Assembly (NCBI GenBank): GCA_002791275.1
Contig: PFWT01000009.1
Coordinates: 72,797-136,796 of the forward strand
Source of the DNA: Candidatus Uhrbacteria bacterium CG_4_9_14_3_um_filter_41_35
GTDB taxonomy: Bacteria > Patescibacteriota > Patescibacteriia > UBA9934
Direction of reading: 5' to 3'
Length of the DNA: 64,000 bases
The position numbers and the translations under genes are program-made. The notes beneath the pieces are model-generated. The model did no database searches. It saw only the letters and a program-made list of their open reading frames with translations, and was not told where the DNA came from. Position 1 is the stretch's first letter. Every line of letters begins with the position of its first letter. Of this stretch, positions 20,608-29,920 are shown one piece after another.

Positions 20608-21100
20608 TATTTTCACAGCGTTTATTTTTATTTTAACCGCAATGTTTGAGGTTAGTTTTTTGCACACCTTGCCATTTCCGTATTTTATTATTCCCCTTCA
20701 TTTTTTGATCGGTGTCATTGTTATGCACCGTGCCGATCCAGTGCTTGGTGCAGTTTGGTTTGCGATAAGTGGCTTTTTTCTGTCCTGGGTTGGCTTTAAT
20801 GAGGCTAACTCACTTACTTATATTGCGGTCGGCGCCATTGGTTACTTTTTGACTTTTAAAGTTTTTGCCAATCGATCAGTTTATGCGCTCATTGGTCTTG
20901 GGTTTAGTATGTACTTTATATTCACAATTCTAAACCTAATAATCCTCTCGTTTTCAGATAATTTTAATCGCAGTGATTTCTTACATCAACAATTCGTTGC
21001 TTTATTTTTTTTAGTTTTTGGTTTGTACTTTGGTTTTATAATAGCCAGATATATAGAGCACTTAGCGACCGATATGTTTTTTATTAGAATTAAACCCTAA
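20597..21100 (+). CDS. mreD: rod shape-determining protein MreD-like membrane protein
   Basis: About 167 aa polytopic membrane protein in the canonical position. The internal ATG at 20597 is preferred over the track start at 20543. Confidence 0.55.
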   Translation: MLNNIFTAFIFILTAMFEVSFLHTLPFPYFIIPLHFLIGVIVMHRADPVLGAVWFAISGFFLSWVGFNEANSLTYIAVGAIGYFLTFKVFANRSVYALIGLGFSMYFIFTILNLIILSFSDNFNRSDFLHQQFVALFFLVFGLYFGFIIARYIEHLATDMFFIRIKP

Positions 21101-23046
21101 TGTTTTTAAATCGCAAAAATGGTGAAAGTCAGCTATTTCCGTTACAACACGGAAATGATTTGGATGTGGTTACTCCAGGACGAGACGATGCTTTTTTTGA
21201 AGAAGCTTTTGCAGGCCACAAAAAATCTGCCGATGAACAAAATCGATCGTTTATTGGTTCGATCATTCCAAGCGGGCGCTACTTGGGTGGTGCAATAATT
21301 TTGATTTCAGCGTTTGCAATTTTGCTTTTACGAACCGGAACAATGCAAATTTGGCACGGTAACGATTACCGAGCTCTGGCCGATAATAACCGCTTTAAAC
21401 ACCGTGTCTTGCCTGCGGAGCGAGGGATTATCTACGACAGAAACGGCAAAATTCTGGCGAAAAATGAGCCAACCTTTCGAATTACCGCTTCAAAGGCACT
21501 ACTACCTCAAAAAAGTGAGGATTTGCTACTTATGTTAAATGAGCTTAGCACTATAATCGACTTTGATCGCGAACCAATCATTACTTTAGTTAATAATATA
21601 AAAATCAGAGACGAAGATTTACTTGTGAGTGAAGACGTTACTTACAATGAGGCTATGCTTTTTGCTTCAAAACGCAATGATTTTCCTGGTGTGGATTTGG
21701 AGCTTGGTACGCGGAGAAGTTACGTAACAAACCATATTCCTTCGCTATCGCTAGTTATGGGTTACACCGCTGCCATGAATGAAAGGGAATATACTGAAGT
21801 AAAAGACCAAAACTACCGTAAATTTGATCACATTGGTAAACAAGGACTGGAAGCTGAATACGAAACAAGTTTACGCGGAACCTACGGTGAAGAAGTAGTT
21901 GAAGTAAATGCCCTTGGAAAGACCGAGCGTATTGTTTCGAAAATTAATCCAGTAAACGGTGAAAATCTTTACCTGAGTCTTGACTCTGAACTACAATCAT
22001 ATATTGAAAAAGTTCTCACTGAAGCTCTAGAAGGGCAGACAGCGGAAAAAGCTTCGGTAATTGCAATGGATCCTACAACTGGTGAGGTTTTAGCTATGGT
22101 GTCCTGGCCATCTTATGATGCTAATTTATTCACTTATGGAATCGATAACGAAAGCTATCAGGCGTTAATAAACGACGAAAGGCTGCCGATGTTTCCAAGA
22201 GCCTATGCAGGTGAATTTCCCTCTGGTTCAACAATCAAAATGGCGCACGGCGCCGCAGCTTTAATGGAAGGGATTATCACTGATCAAACCAGTTTTTTAT
22301 CAACTGGTGGTTTGAGAGTTGGCCCTTGGTTTTTTCCAGACTGGCGTTCAGCCGGGCATGGGCAAACAAACATTTACTGGGCGATTGCGGATTCTGTCAA
22401 CACCTTTTTCTACACTATCGCTGGTGGTACTGAAACTTTTGATGGTCTTGGTATTGAAAAACTAATGCAGTACGACAAACTTTTTGGTTTTGGTGAAAAA
22501 ACTGGACTCGATGTACCAGGTGAAGCAACGGGATTCTTGCCAAGTCAAGACTGGAAACTTGAAACTAAAGATGAACCTTGGTACATCGGGGACACTTATC
22601 ACGTGGCTATTGGTCAAGGAGACTTTTTAGCAACCCCACTGCAAATTGCCAGATCAACAGCGCTGTTTGCTAATGGTGGAATTTTAGTTACACCGCATTT
22701 CAATAGTAAAGAGGCTATCGAGGCTGTGCGAGTGGTGCCGGAAGATGTGGCGCAAATTGTTAAAAAAGCAATGCGCTTTACGGTCACCGCAGGTAGTGCG
22801 CGGTCACTACAAACCGTACCAATTGAGGTGGCTGGTAAAACCGGAACAGCTCAGTGGTCGAGTGTTAAACCGAACCATTCGTGGTTCACGGGTTTTGCGC
22901 CATACAGCAACCCGGAAATAGTGTTAACAGTTCTTGTTGAAGAAGGAGCTGATGGCTCCAGCCACTTATCTATTCCTATCAGTAACAAGATCTTTACTTG
23001 GTGGGCAGAAAATAGAGAAACTCAGGCCACAACTTCAGAACCTTAA
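21100..23046 (+). CDS. mrdA: penicillin-binding protein 2 (peptidoglycan D,D-transpeptidase)
   Basis: 648 aa with an N-terminal TM helix, a dimerisation domain, and a transpeptidase domain carrying SGSTIK (SxxK) and KTGTAQ (KTG). It sits directly after mreD. Confidence 0.9.
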   Translation: MFLNRKNGESQLFPLQHGNDLDVVTPGRDDAFFEEAFAGHKKSADEQNRSFIGSIIPSGRYLGGAIILISAFAILLLRTGTMQIWHGNDYRALADNNRFKHRVLPAERGIIYDRNGKILAKNEPTFRITASKALLPQKSEDLLLMLNELSTIIDFDREPIITLVNNIKIRDEDLLVSEDVTYNEAMLFASKRNDFPGVDLELGTRRSYVTNHIPSLSLVMGYTAAMNEREYTEVKDQNYRKFDHIGKQGLEAEYETSLRGTYGEEVVEVNALGKTERIVSKINPVNGENLYLSLDSELQSYIEKVLTEALEGQTAEKASVIAMDPTTGEVLAMVSWPSYDANLFTYGIDNESYQALINDERLPMFPRAYAGEFPSGSTIKMAHGAAALMEGIITDQTSFLSTGGLRVGPWFFPDWRSAGHGQTNIYWAIADSVNTFFYTIAGGTETFDGLGIEKLMQYDKLFGFGEKTGLDVPGEATGFLPSQDWKLETKDEPWYIGDTYHVAIGQGDFLATPLQIARSTALFANGGILVTPHFNSKEAIEAVRVVPEDVAQIVKKAMRFTVTAGSARSLQTVPIEVAGKTGTAQWSSVKPNHSWFTGFAPYSNPEIVLTVLVEEGADGSSHLSIPISNKIFTWWAENRETQATTSEP

Positions 23047-23087
23047 CTTAATTAAGAGCGGAAAAAACTTCGAATTTAAGCTTATTA

Positions 23088-23115
23088 TTGACGTTTTGAG
23101 TAGGTAAGGTATGAT
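23088..23115 (+). promoter_or_regulatory. sigma70-like promoter of greA (TTGACG-16-TATGAT)
   Basis: The -35 is at 23088-23093 and the -10 at 23110-23115. Confidence 0.35.
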
Positions 23116-23147
23116 GTACCTATCCGAAATTACGGGTAATTTTTATT

Positions 23148-23612
23148 ATGACTAAAAATGTTTATTACGTCTCTCAAGAGGGACTAGACAAATTGAACGA
23201 AGAACTTGAATATCGTTCTACAACACTTCGAAAACAGATTTCAGACGCAATTGGAACTGCAAAAGAACAAGGTGATCTTTCTGAAAACTTTGAATATCAG
23301 GATTCAAAAGAACGTCAGGCGGTAAACGAAGCCAGAATCATTGAACTAAACGACACAATTGCTCGTACCGTGGTGATTGCGTCAGAAGAGGGCGGAACAG
23401 AAATCAGGATCGGCTCCACTTTTGAAGCAGAAATGAACGGTGTTACAAAAACGTACTCAATTGTTGGTCAAACCGAAAGCGATCCAATGGCTGGTAAAAT
23501 CAGTCACGAATCACCACTTGGAAACGCCTTTATGGGACACAAACCTGGCGATACTATCGAGGTAACGGCTCCAGCAGGAAAAATTAGCTACAAGATCATC
23601 TCATTAAAATAA
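23148..23612 (+). CDS. greA: transcription elongation factor GreA
   Basis: 154 aa with an N-terminal coiled coil carrying the acidic DLSEN-FEY tip, and a C-terminal FKBP-like domain. Confidence 0.9.
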   Translation: MTKNVYYVSQEGLDKLNEELEYRSTTLRKQISDAIGTAKEQGDLSENFEYQDSKERQAVNEARIIELNDTIARTVVIASEEGGTEIRIGSTFEAEMNGVTKTYSIVGQTESDPMAGKISHESPLGNAFMGHKPGDTIEVTAPAGKISYKIISLK

Positions 23613-23726
23613 ATTGTCATCTCGAGCGACACATTTAGTTGTTTGAAACAATTTCAACAACCAGCCTGCGGTCGAGATTACAATTTTAGGGATATAACTC
23701 GCACAACTTATTTATCGAAACTCAAT

Positions 23727-25220
23727 ATGATCAAAGAAGAAGTTGCCAGACGTGAGCGTCTACAAAATTTGACTGACTCAAATATAAATCCATATCCAGC
23801 CTCTGCCAAACGAACACACATGGCGTCAGAGGTTATGGATAAATTTGAGACTCTTGAGAAATCAAATGATCATATTTCAATCGCAGGTCGCGTGCGCGCT
23901 ATCCGTAAACACGGTGGTCTAACTTTTGTGGTAATAGAAGACACAAGCGGAACTTTTCAAGCTGTCCTTCATCGCGATGTTATCGGAACTGAAAAGTACG
24001 ATCAGTTTGGTGTGCAAGCTGATGTTGGTGATTTTTATTCAGTTTCAGGTCCTTCTTTTAGAACCAAGCGAGGCGAGCCATCGATCGATGCTCAAGAATA
24101 TCAACTGTTAACAAAATCCTTGCTACCACTTCCTGAAAAATGGCACGGTTTAACTGACACTGAAAAACGCTACCGTCACAGATACCTCGACCTTATTTCA
24201 AATCCAAGCGCTATGGAAATAGCCAAAACTCGTTCAAGAATGGTTGCGGCTATTCGTAGGTTTCTTGAAAGCGAAGGCTTCATGGAAGTAGAAACACCTG
24301 TTCTTCAGGCTCTGGCCGGGGGAGCGAACGCTAAACCATTTGTAACTCATCACAACACACTTGATCACGATTTTTATCTACGTATTGCACCAGAACTTTT
24401 CCTAAAACGCTTAATCGTTGGAGGTTTTGAGAAAATATACGAGTTTGCCAGATGTTACCGCAACGAGGGGATTAGTCCTCAACACAACCCAGAGTTCACA
24501 CAAATTGAACTTTACTGGGCTTATGCAGAAATTGAAGATTTAATGGATCATCTTGAAAGGATGATGAGTCAAGTTGTAAAAGAGACTATCGGCTCATCAG
24601 TTATTCAGCTTGATAATCTCGAACTAAAATTTGAAACGCCGTTTCCACGAACCTCTTTTCACGACGTGGTGGAAGCAAAAACTGGTATTGATCTAGATCA
24701 GATTTCAGGCGAAGAAGCTTTGCGGGAACTAATGATTGCAAAAAAAATTGATGTTCGCGGGGTAGTTGGTGAGGGTGAGTTAATCGATACTCTGTACAAA
24801 CACGCCGTTCGACCGCAAATTATCCAACCAACCTTTGTAACTGACTACCCAGTAGCAATGAAGCCTCTGGCGAAGGTTCGAGAAAATAATCCAAAATATA
24901 GTGCCAGCGCACAGCTGGTTGTAAACGGTTTAGAGGTTTGGAACGCCTTTAACGAGTTAAACGATCCGCTCGAACAAGAGGCACGCTTCAATGAACAGGA
25001 GTCGTTAAGAGAACGGGGCAGTGAAGATGCGCAACGAGTTGATTTTGACTTCTTGAAAGCGCTTAAACACGGAATGCCACCAACTGCCGGCTATGGTCTC
25101 GGAATCGATCGCCTAGCGATGATTTTAACCGGTAGTCCAAATCTTAAGGAAGTAATTCTCTTCCCAACGCTTAAACCACTAGCTGATGGAGCTGAAGACG
25201 AGGAAGAAACTGCGGAATAA
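23727..25220 (+). CDS. lysS: lysyl-tRNA synthetase, class II
   Basis: The ATG at 23727 (MIKEEVARRERL) is preferred over the track start at 23643. It has an N-terminal OB anticodon-binding domain, class II motifs (FMEVETP and the motif 3 GLGIDRL), and an acidic C-terminal tail. Confidence 0.95.
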   Translation: MIKEEVARRERLQNLTDSNINPYPASAKRTHMASEVMDKFETLEKSNDHISIAGRVRAIRKHGGLTFVVIEDTSGTFQAVLHRDVIGTEKYDQFGVQADVGDFYSVSGPSFRTKRGEPSIDAQEYQLLTKSLLPLPEKWHGLTDTEKRYRHRYLDLISNPSAMEIAKTRSRMVAAIRRFLESEGFMEVETPVLQALAGGANAKPFVTHHNTLDHDFYLRIAPELFLKRLIVGGFEKIYEFARCYRNEGISPQHNPEFTQIELYWAYAEIEDLMDHLERMMSQVVKETIGSSVIQLDNLELKFETPFPRTSFHDVVEAKTGIDLDQISGEEALRELMIAKKIDVRGVVGEGELIDTLYKHAVRPQIIQPTFVTDYPVAMKPLAKVRENNPKYSASAQLVVNGLEVWNAFNELNDPLEQEARFNEQESLRERGSEDAQRVDFDFLKALKHGMPPTAGYGLGIDRLAMILTGSPNLKEVILFPTLKPLADGAEDEEETAE

Positions 25221-25221
25221 T

Positions 25222-25629
25222 ATGTCTAAAGTTTTAGTATTTGGCTCGTTCGATGGTTTGCATCCCGGGCACTTAAAATTTTTAACTGAAGCAAAAAAAT
25301 TAGCGGATGAGCTTGTAGTAGTTCTAGCACAAGACAAAGTCATTGCTCAGCTTAAAGGTTCGCTACCCCTACATAAATTTGCAGGACGCCAGTCGGATCT
25401 AACCAAAGTGCCTGAGGTAAACTATGTGTTACCTGGCGACTATGAGCTCGGCACATATTCTTCAATCGCGACCCTGAAGCCGGAAATCATTGCTTTTGGC
25501 TATGATCAGGTAGAACTGAAAAACGATGTCGAGGCTTGGCTAAAGACTAAAACAGCTCACACAAAAATAATCACTATCGAGGCTTACAAGCCAGATAAAT
25601 ACAAATCTTCGCTGTTGAATAAGAAATAA
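25222..25629 (+). CDS. cytidylyltransferase-fold nucleotidyltransferase, RibL/TagD-like (possible archaeal-type FAD synthetase)
   Basis: The ATG at 25222 (MSKVLVFGSFDGLHPGHL...) is preferred. It has the HxGH motif, and ELVVVLAQDKVIAQLKG and LKPEIIAFGYDQ resemble RibL-type FMN adenylyltransferases. Confidence 0.65.
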   Translation: MSKVLVFGSFDGLHPGHLKFLTEAKKLADELVVVLAQDKVIAQLKGSLPLHKFAGRQSDLTKVPEVNYVLPGDYELGTYSSIATLKPEIIAFGYDQVELKNDVEAWLKTKTAHTKIITIEAYKPDKYKSSLLNKK

Positions 25630-25630
25630 T

Positions 25631-26902
25631 ATGATTGACATTAAAGCATTAAGAGAAAATCCAACCTATTTTCAAGAAGCATCGCTAGCTAAAAATGTAA
25701 CTATTGATGTTGATAAAATATTAGATCTAGATCAAAAAGCTCGATCTTTAAACTCCGACCTTGAAAGCATTGCCGCACAAAAAAACGAAGCAAGCAAACG
25801 AATTGCAACTTCAGAAGGAGAAGTTCGCAATCAGCTCATTAAAGAAATGCGCGATATTGACACCAAGGTTGAAGGTCTTAAAGCAGAATATACGCCAATC
25901 AAGGATGAACTCGATGCTTTGCTCCACCGCATTCCAAACCCAGCACTTGCAGACGTTACTGTTTCGCCAAACGAAACGGATAACGAAGTTATTCGTACTG
26001 TTGGTGAAAAAACAGTTTTTGATTTTGAGCCAAAGGATCACCTTACACTCGGAGAAAATCTTGGCATTATCGACGTAGAACGAGCTGCAAAAACTTCAGG
26101 GGCGCGGTTTACATATTTAAAAGGTGACGGTGCGCTCCTGCAATTTGCGCTTGTTCAATACGCACTAAACACGGTAATGGAGTCAGGTTTTACACCAATT
26201 GTTGTGCCTCACATGATCAAAGCTGAGGCTATGCAGTCAATGGGTTACCTTGAACACGGTGGTCACGATGAAATTTATTATCTTTCAAAAGACAATCTTT
26301 ACCTAATCGGCACCAGCGAACAGTCAATTGGACCAATGCACGCCAACGAGGTTCTGCCAGCGGATCAACTGCCACTTCGTTATGTTGGAATTTCAAGCTG
26401 TTACCGTCGCGAGGCTGGGTCTTACGGTAAGGATACCAAGGGAATTTTACGTGTGCATCAGTTCGACAAAGTAGAAATGTTTAGTTTTACTAAACCTGAA
26501 AACTCAGAAGCGGAGCATGAACTAATTCTCTCACTTGAAGAAAAATTGATGCAGGGCCTAAAATTGCCATATCAGGTAATTAAAATGGTCTCTGGTGACC
26601 TCGGTCTGCCTGCAGCGCGTAAATACGACATTGAGGCTTGGCTCCCAACTCAAGAGGCCTACCGTGAAACACACTCTTGCAGTACAACTACCGACTTCCA
26701 AACCAGACGGCTTAATACCAGGTACAAAAACGATGACGGTAAAACCGAATTTGTACACGCACTTAACGGAACAGCATTCGCAATTGGTCGAACACTTATT
26801 GCAATCTTGGAAAATTACCAGCAAGCTGACGGTAGCGTGGTAATTCCTGAAGTTTTACGTGCATATCTTGGTGGTCGAGAAATAATTAAACCTGTCAAAT
26901 AA
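25631..26902 (+). CDS. serS: seryl-tRNA synthetase
   Basis: 423 aa with an N-terminal coiled-coil arm (MIDIKALRENP...) and class II catalytic motifs. Confidence 0.95.
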   Translation: MIDIKALRENPTYFQEASLAKNVTIDVDKILDLDQKARSLNSDLESIAAQKNEASKRIATSEGEVRNQLIKEMRDIDTKVEGLKAEYTPIKDELDALLHRIPNPALADVTVSPNETDNEVIRTVGEKTVFDFEPKDHLTLGENLGIIDVERAAKTSGARFTYLKGDGALLQFALVQYALNTVMESGFTPIVVPHMIKAEAMQSMGYLEHGGHDEIYYLSKDNLYLIGTSEQSIGPMHANEVLPADQLPLRYVGISSCYRREAGSYGKDTKGILRVHQFDKVEMFSFTKPENSEAEHELILSLEEKLMQGLKLPYQVIKMVSGDLGLPAARKYDIEAWLPTQEAYRETHSCSTTTDFQTRRLNTRYKNDDGKTEFVHALNGTAFAIGRTLIAILENYQQADGSVVIPEVLRAYLGGREIIKPVK

Positions 26903-26921
26903 ACGCTTCAACTAAAAAATC

Positions 26922-28064
26922 ATGCAACACAAAACATGGTTAGAACTTAATAGTGCAAATTTGAGATCCAACATTCAGATGCTTGGATCTCTTTTGTCTT
27001 CCGGAGTTGTATTTTGCGCGGTTGTAAAAGCTAATGCCTACGGTCACGATCTTGAAACAATGGCACGAATACTCGTGCTTGAAGGTATAAATACTTTTGC
27101 AGTTGATTCAGTTGACGAAGCAATGAAACTTCGGGCACATCATCCGAATATCACCATTTTTATTTTAGGCTTTACCGTTCCGGAGCGTTTTAAAGACGTT
27201 ATCAAAGGAGGTTTTATTCAGACAGTGACCGAGCTCGAGACCATTCACAAGCTTGCTCAAGCAGCGCTAGATTTACAGACAAAGGCTAAAATTAATCTAA
27301 AAGTTGAAACCGGCACCCAAAGGCAAGGTATAAACTCGGAAAAAATTAGAGACTTTGCTTTTGAAATAGAAAAAATGAAGGATGACATTGAGTTTGTTGG
27401 TCTTTCGTCACATTTTGCCAATTCAGAGGATGTAAGAAATCCCGATTTTTGTTTAACGCAAAATCAGATATTTTTTAATACCGCTAAAGAACTCGATATC
27501 TACAAAGTACAGCAACCGCATTTTTATCATATTAGTTGTTCTGCCTCAGCAATTAGTCAACCTACCACGCAATTCAATATGGTGCGTATTGGTCTTGCAC
27601 TCTACGGACTCTGGAGTTCAGAGGAGCTTAGACGACAAAATCTTAGTACTAGCAGACACATTGATCTAAAACCCGTACTCAGCTGGAAAACTAGAATTGC
27701 CCAGACTAAAGACGTTAGAGCAGGTGCCACTGTTGGTTATGGTCGAGCATTTTTAGCCGACCGCCCACTGCGTATTGCAGTTCTACCCGTAGGATATTAT
27801 GATGGTTATAGACGCCTAGCAATGAATAAAGGCTACGTTTTGGTAAACGGACAAAAATGTCGTATTCTTGGAAAGATTTGTATGAATATGATGATGATTG
27901 ATGTCTCACAGGTGCCACAGGCGAAAACAGGTAGCGTTGTCACACTGCTCGGACGAGATGGTATGAACGAAATTAAGGCTGAAGATTTAGCAAGCTGGTT
28001 CGAAACCATTAATTACGAAGCTGTAACTGGTATTAGTAGTCATTTACCGCGTATAATCACTTAA
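26922..28064 (+). CDS. alr: alanine racemase
   Basis: 380 aa with the PLP-binding motif AVVKANAYGHD and a C-terminal beta domain. Confidence 0.9.
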   Translation: MQHKTWLELNSANLRSNIQMLGSLLSSGVVFCAVVKANAYGHDLETMARILVLEGINTFAVDSVDEAMKLRAHHPNITIFILGFTVPERFKDVIKGGFIQTVTELETIHKLAQAALDLQTKAKINLKVETGTQRQGINSEKIRDFAFEIEKMKDDIEFVGLSSHFANSEDVRNPDFCLTQNQIFFNTAKELDIYKVQQPHFYHISCSASAISQPTTQFNMVRIGLALYGLWSSEELRRQNLSTSRHIDLKPVLSWKTRIAQTKDVRAGATVGYGRAFLADRPLRIAVLPVGYYDGYRRLAMNKGYVLVNGQKCRILGKICMNMMMIDVSQVPQAKTGSVVTLLGRDGMNEIKAEDLASWFETINYEAVTGISSHLPRIIT

Positions 28065-28083
28065 AACCTGCCTAAACGACCAA

Positions 28084-28989
28084 ATGGAACGGAGAAATTT
28101 TACAAAGACTGTTCACAGTAAAGAATATGAGCAGAAACGGTTTAAAAATCCGTTTTTTGAGAGTCAGGAAGAAAAGCAAAAAAAGTCTTTTAAGTTCTTG
28201 ATTATAGGTCTAGTTCTGATGCTCATCGCCGTCCCTATCATTCTCCTTTTCGGTGGGCTGTTTGAGCTCAAAAATAACTCTGTAAATGGCCTTACTACCA
28301 TTCCCCAGGCTGAGGTTGAAACAGAAATAAACCAGCATTTAGCCACAAAATGGCTGAACATCATTCCAAAGACTCATAAGTGGTTTACTCGTCCAAACGT
28401 GCTACGCGAAAGCTTGCAAAACAAATATAATTTTGAAAATATAAGCGTTAAAATTGAAGGCGATGAACTGAAGGTTGAAGTTGAGGAACGGATTTCTTCG
28501 CTTGCCTGGAAAAGTGCCGGTAATCTGTATTTTTTAGATCTCGACGGAAAGATTTTTAGAGAGATGTTACCTCAGGAACGGGCCAAAATCAATGAACGGC
28601 TAGGCGGAAAGATTGAACTAGTGGCACCCGAAGATATGCAAAGTGTGCCAATACTTCAACCAACACTGCCAATCATCCAGGATATGAGCGAACAGGTTGT
28701 TGAAATTGGGGGGGAGGTTATAAGTCCGGTCACCAGCGAGGCACTGATTAGTTTTGATAAAAACCTACGGTCTTTACATATTGATCCAGTTATTTATCAA
28801 GTTGAAAGACCACACAAACCCTGGCTTAGAGTGAAGACAAGGCAAGGGTACGACATACTCTTTGACGGGCTAGGGGATATGAATGTTCAGATAGCTTACC
28901 TGAACTCAATTTTGATTGAATACAAAGAAAAACTAAGCGAAATTAGCTATATCGACATTCGCTTTGAAAATCATATTTATATAAAGTAA
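28084..28989 (+). CDS. membrane-anchored protein with POTRA-like region (FtsQ/DivIB-like)
   Basis: 301 aa with a single N-terminal TM helix and a segment ISVKIEGDELKVEVEERISSLAWKSAGNLYFLDLDGKIF that resembles a POTRA domain. It sits next to alr. Weak call. Confidence 0.4.
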   Translation: MERRNFTKTVHSKEYEQKRFKNPFFESQEEKQKKSFKFLIIGLVLMLIAVPIILLFGGLFELKNNSVNGLTTIPQAEVETEINQHLATKWLNIIPKTHKWFTRPNVLRESLQNKYNFENISVKIEGDELKVEVEERISSLAWKSAGNLYFLDLDGKIFREMLPQERAKINERLGGKIELVAPEDMQSVPILQPTLPIIQDMSEQVVEIGGEVISPVTSEALISFDKNLRSLHIDPVIYQVERPHKPWLRVKTRQGYDILFDGLGDMNVQIAYLNSILIEYKEKLSEISYIDIRFENHIYIK

Positions 28990-29883
28990 TCGGGGATTCC
29001 CGTAGCAAAAATAATGCGTTAGAAAATTTATTCTAGATTTTACGACACTAGAATAATTGTTAGGTGCCAGTAAGGGGGAGTACTAACCTGTAAAGTTATT
29101 GTATGATCAAGATTCTGTATATTGGTGGTTGGTTTGTAATAAAAAAATTGCAAATTTCAGATATAAAATTTTCTACAAATAAATTCTTTTAATAAAATAA
29201 TGAGACAAAAAATTTATTTAATAAGTTGTGCGACACGATTCAACTTAATGATGATACTAAGGATAAGTTAAGAGCGTCGACTTGAAGCGAAAGAAACTTA
29301 ACTTGACGTTGTGGACTACTTAAAGAGAGTTAAGCAAAAAAATAATTCAACTCTAAGGCCAAGACAAAATCTAAAATAAATCCAAGGTACAAAGATACCT
29401 TATATCTTATACGACGCCACCAGTTTATTTAGGGGTGATAGGTAGTACCGCTTAAAATAAAACTAGAGAATAAAAAGTCTAAAAATTCTTAAAAAAGCCA
29501 ATAAAAACAGTAAAATCAAGCCAAGGTTCAGGACTGAAAATATTTTCCTACCTTATATATTTAATATAAAAAATGATGTCTAGAATCTGATACTTACAGT
29601 AAGTCAGAAAGCTTGAACCAAACCAACAATCAAAATACAGAATCTATTTTAAACTATCAGTATATAAATTATAGCACACCTCCCCACTTTATATTTATAT
29701 ATATGTATGTGTCGTAAAATAAAATATACCCCAAACACATTCTCCACCATCATTTAATTAACAAGAAACCTAATTAAGTATAAAAATATACTGATAATAT
29801 TTTTTTTCGCAGTCGTCACAAACTTTTCAGATCGAATACGAATGCTCAACCATCAAAACTTTACACCACCCCCCTGCTAAGAT

Positions 29884-29917
29884 AAAAAAATCCTGAATAA
29901 CAATTCAGGATTTTTTT
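29884..29917. terminator. perfect intrinsic terminator (A7, 9 bp stem, loop AACA, T7)
   Basis: The sequence is aaaaaaa, atcctgaat, aaca, attcaggat, ttttttt. It lies 3 nt beyond the stop of the minus-strand M23 peptidase gene. Confidence 0.65.
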
Positions 29918-29920
29918 ATC

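Noticed and set aside
25761-28364. ORFs 25761..26078, 25811..26041, 26558..26824, 26595..26843, 27715..27918, 28164..28364 and 21314..21538
   Set aside because: They are nested within serS, alr, the FtsQ-like gene and mrdA in alternative frames or strands.
28990-29920. tmRNA, RNase P RNA, or a tRNA in the large gene-free gap
   Set aside because: No GGGG...ACCA-type tmRNA ends were found, no tRNA-like GTTCGAATC T-arm, and no RNase P P4 consensus (AGGAAAGTCCGG-like). The gap is kept only as an unclassified ncRNA or decayed-DNA candidate.
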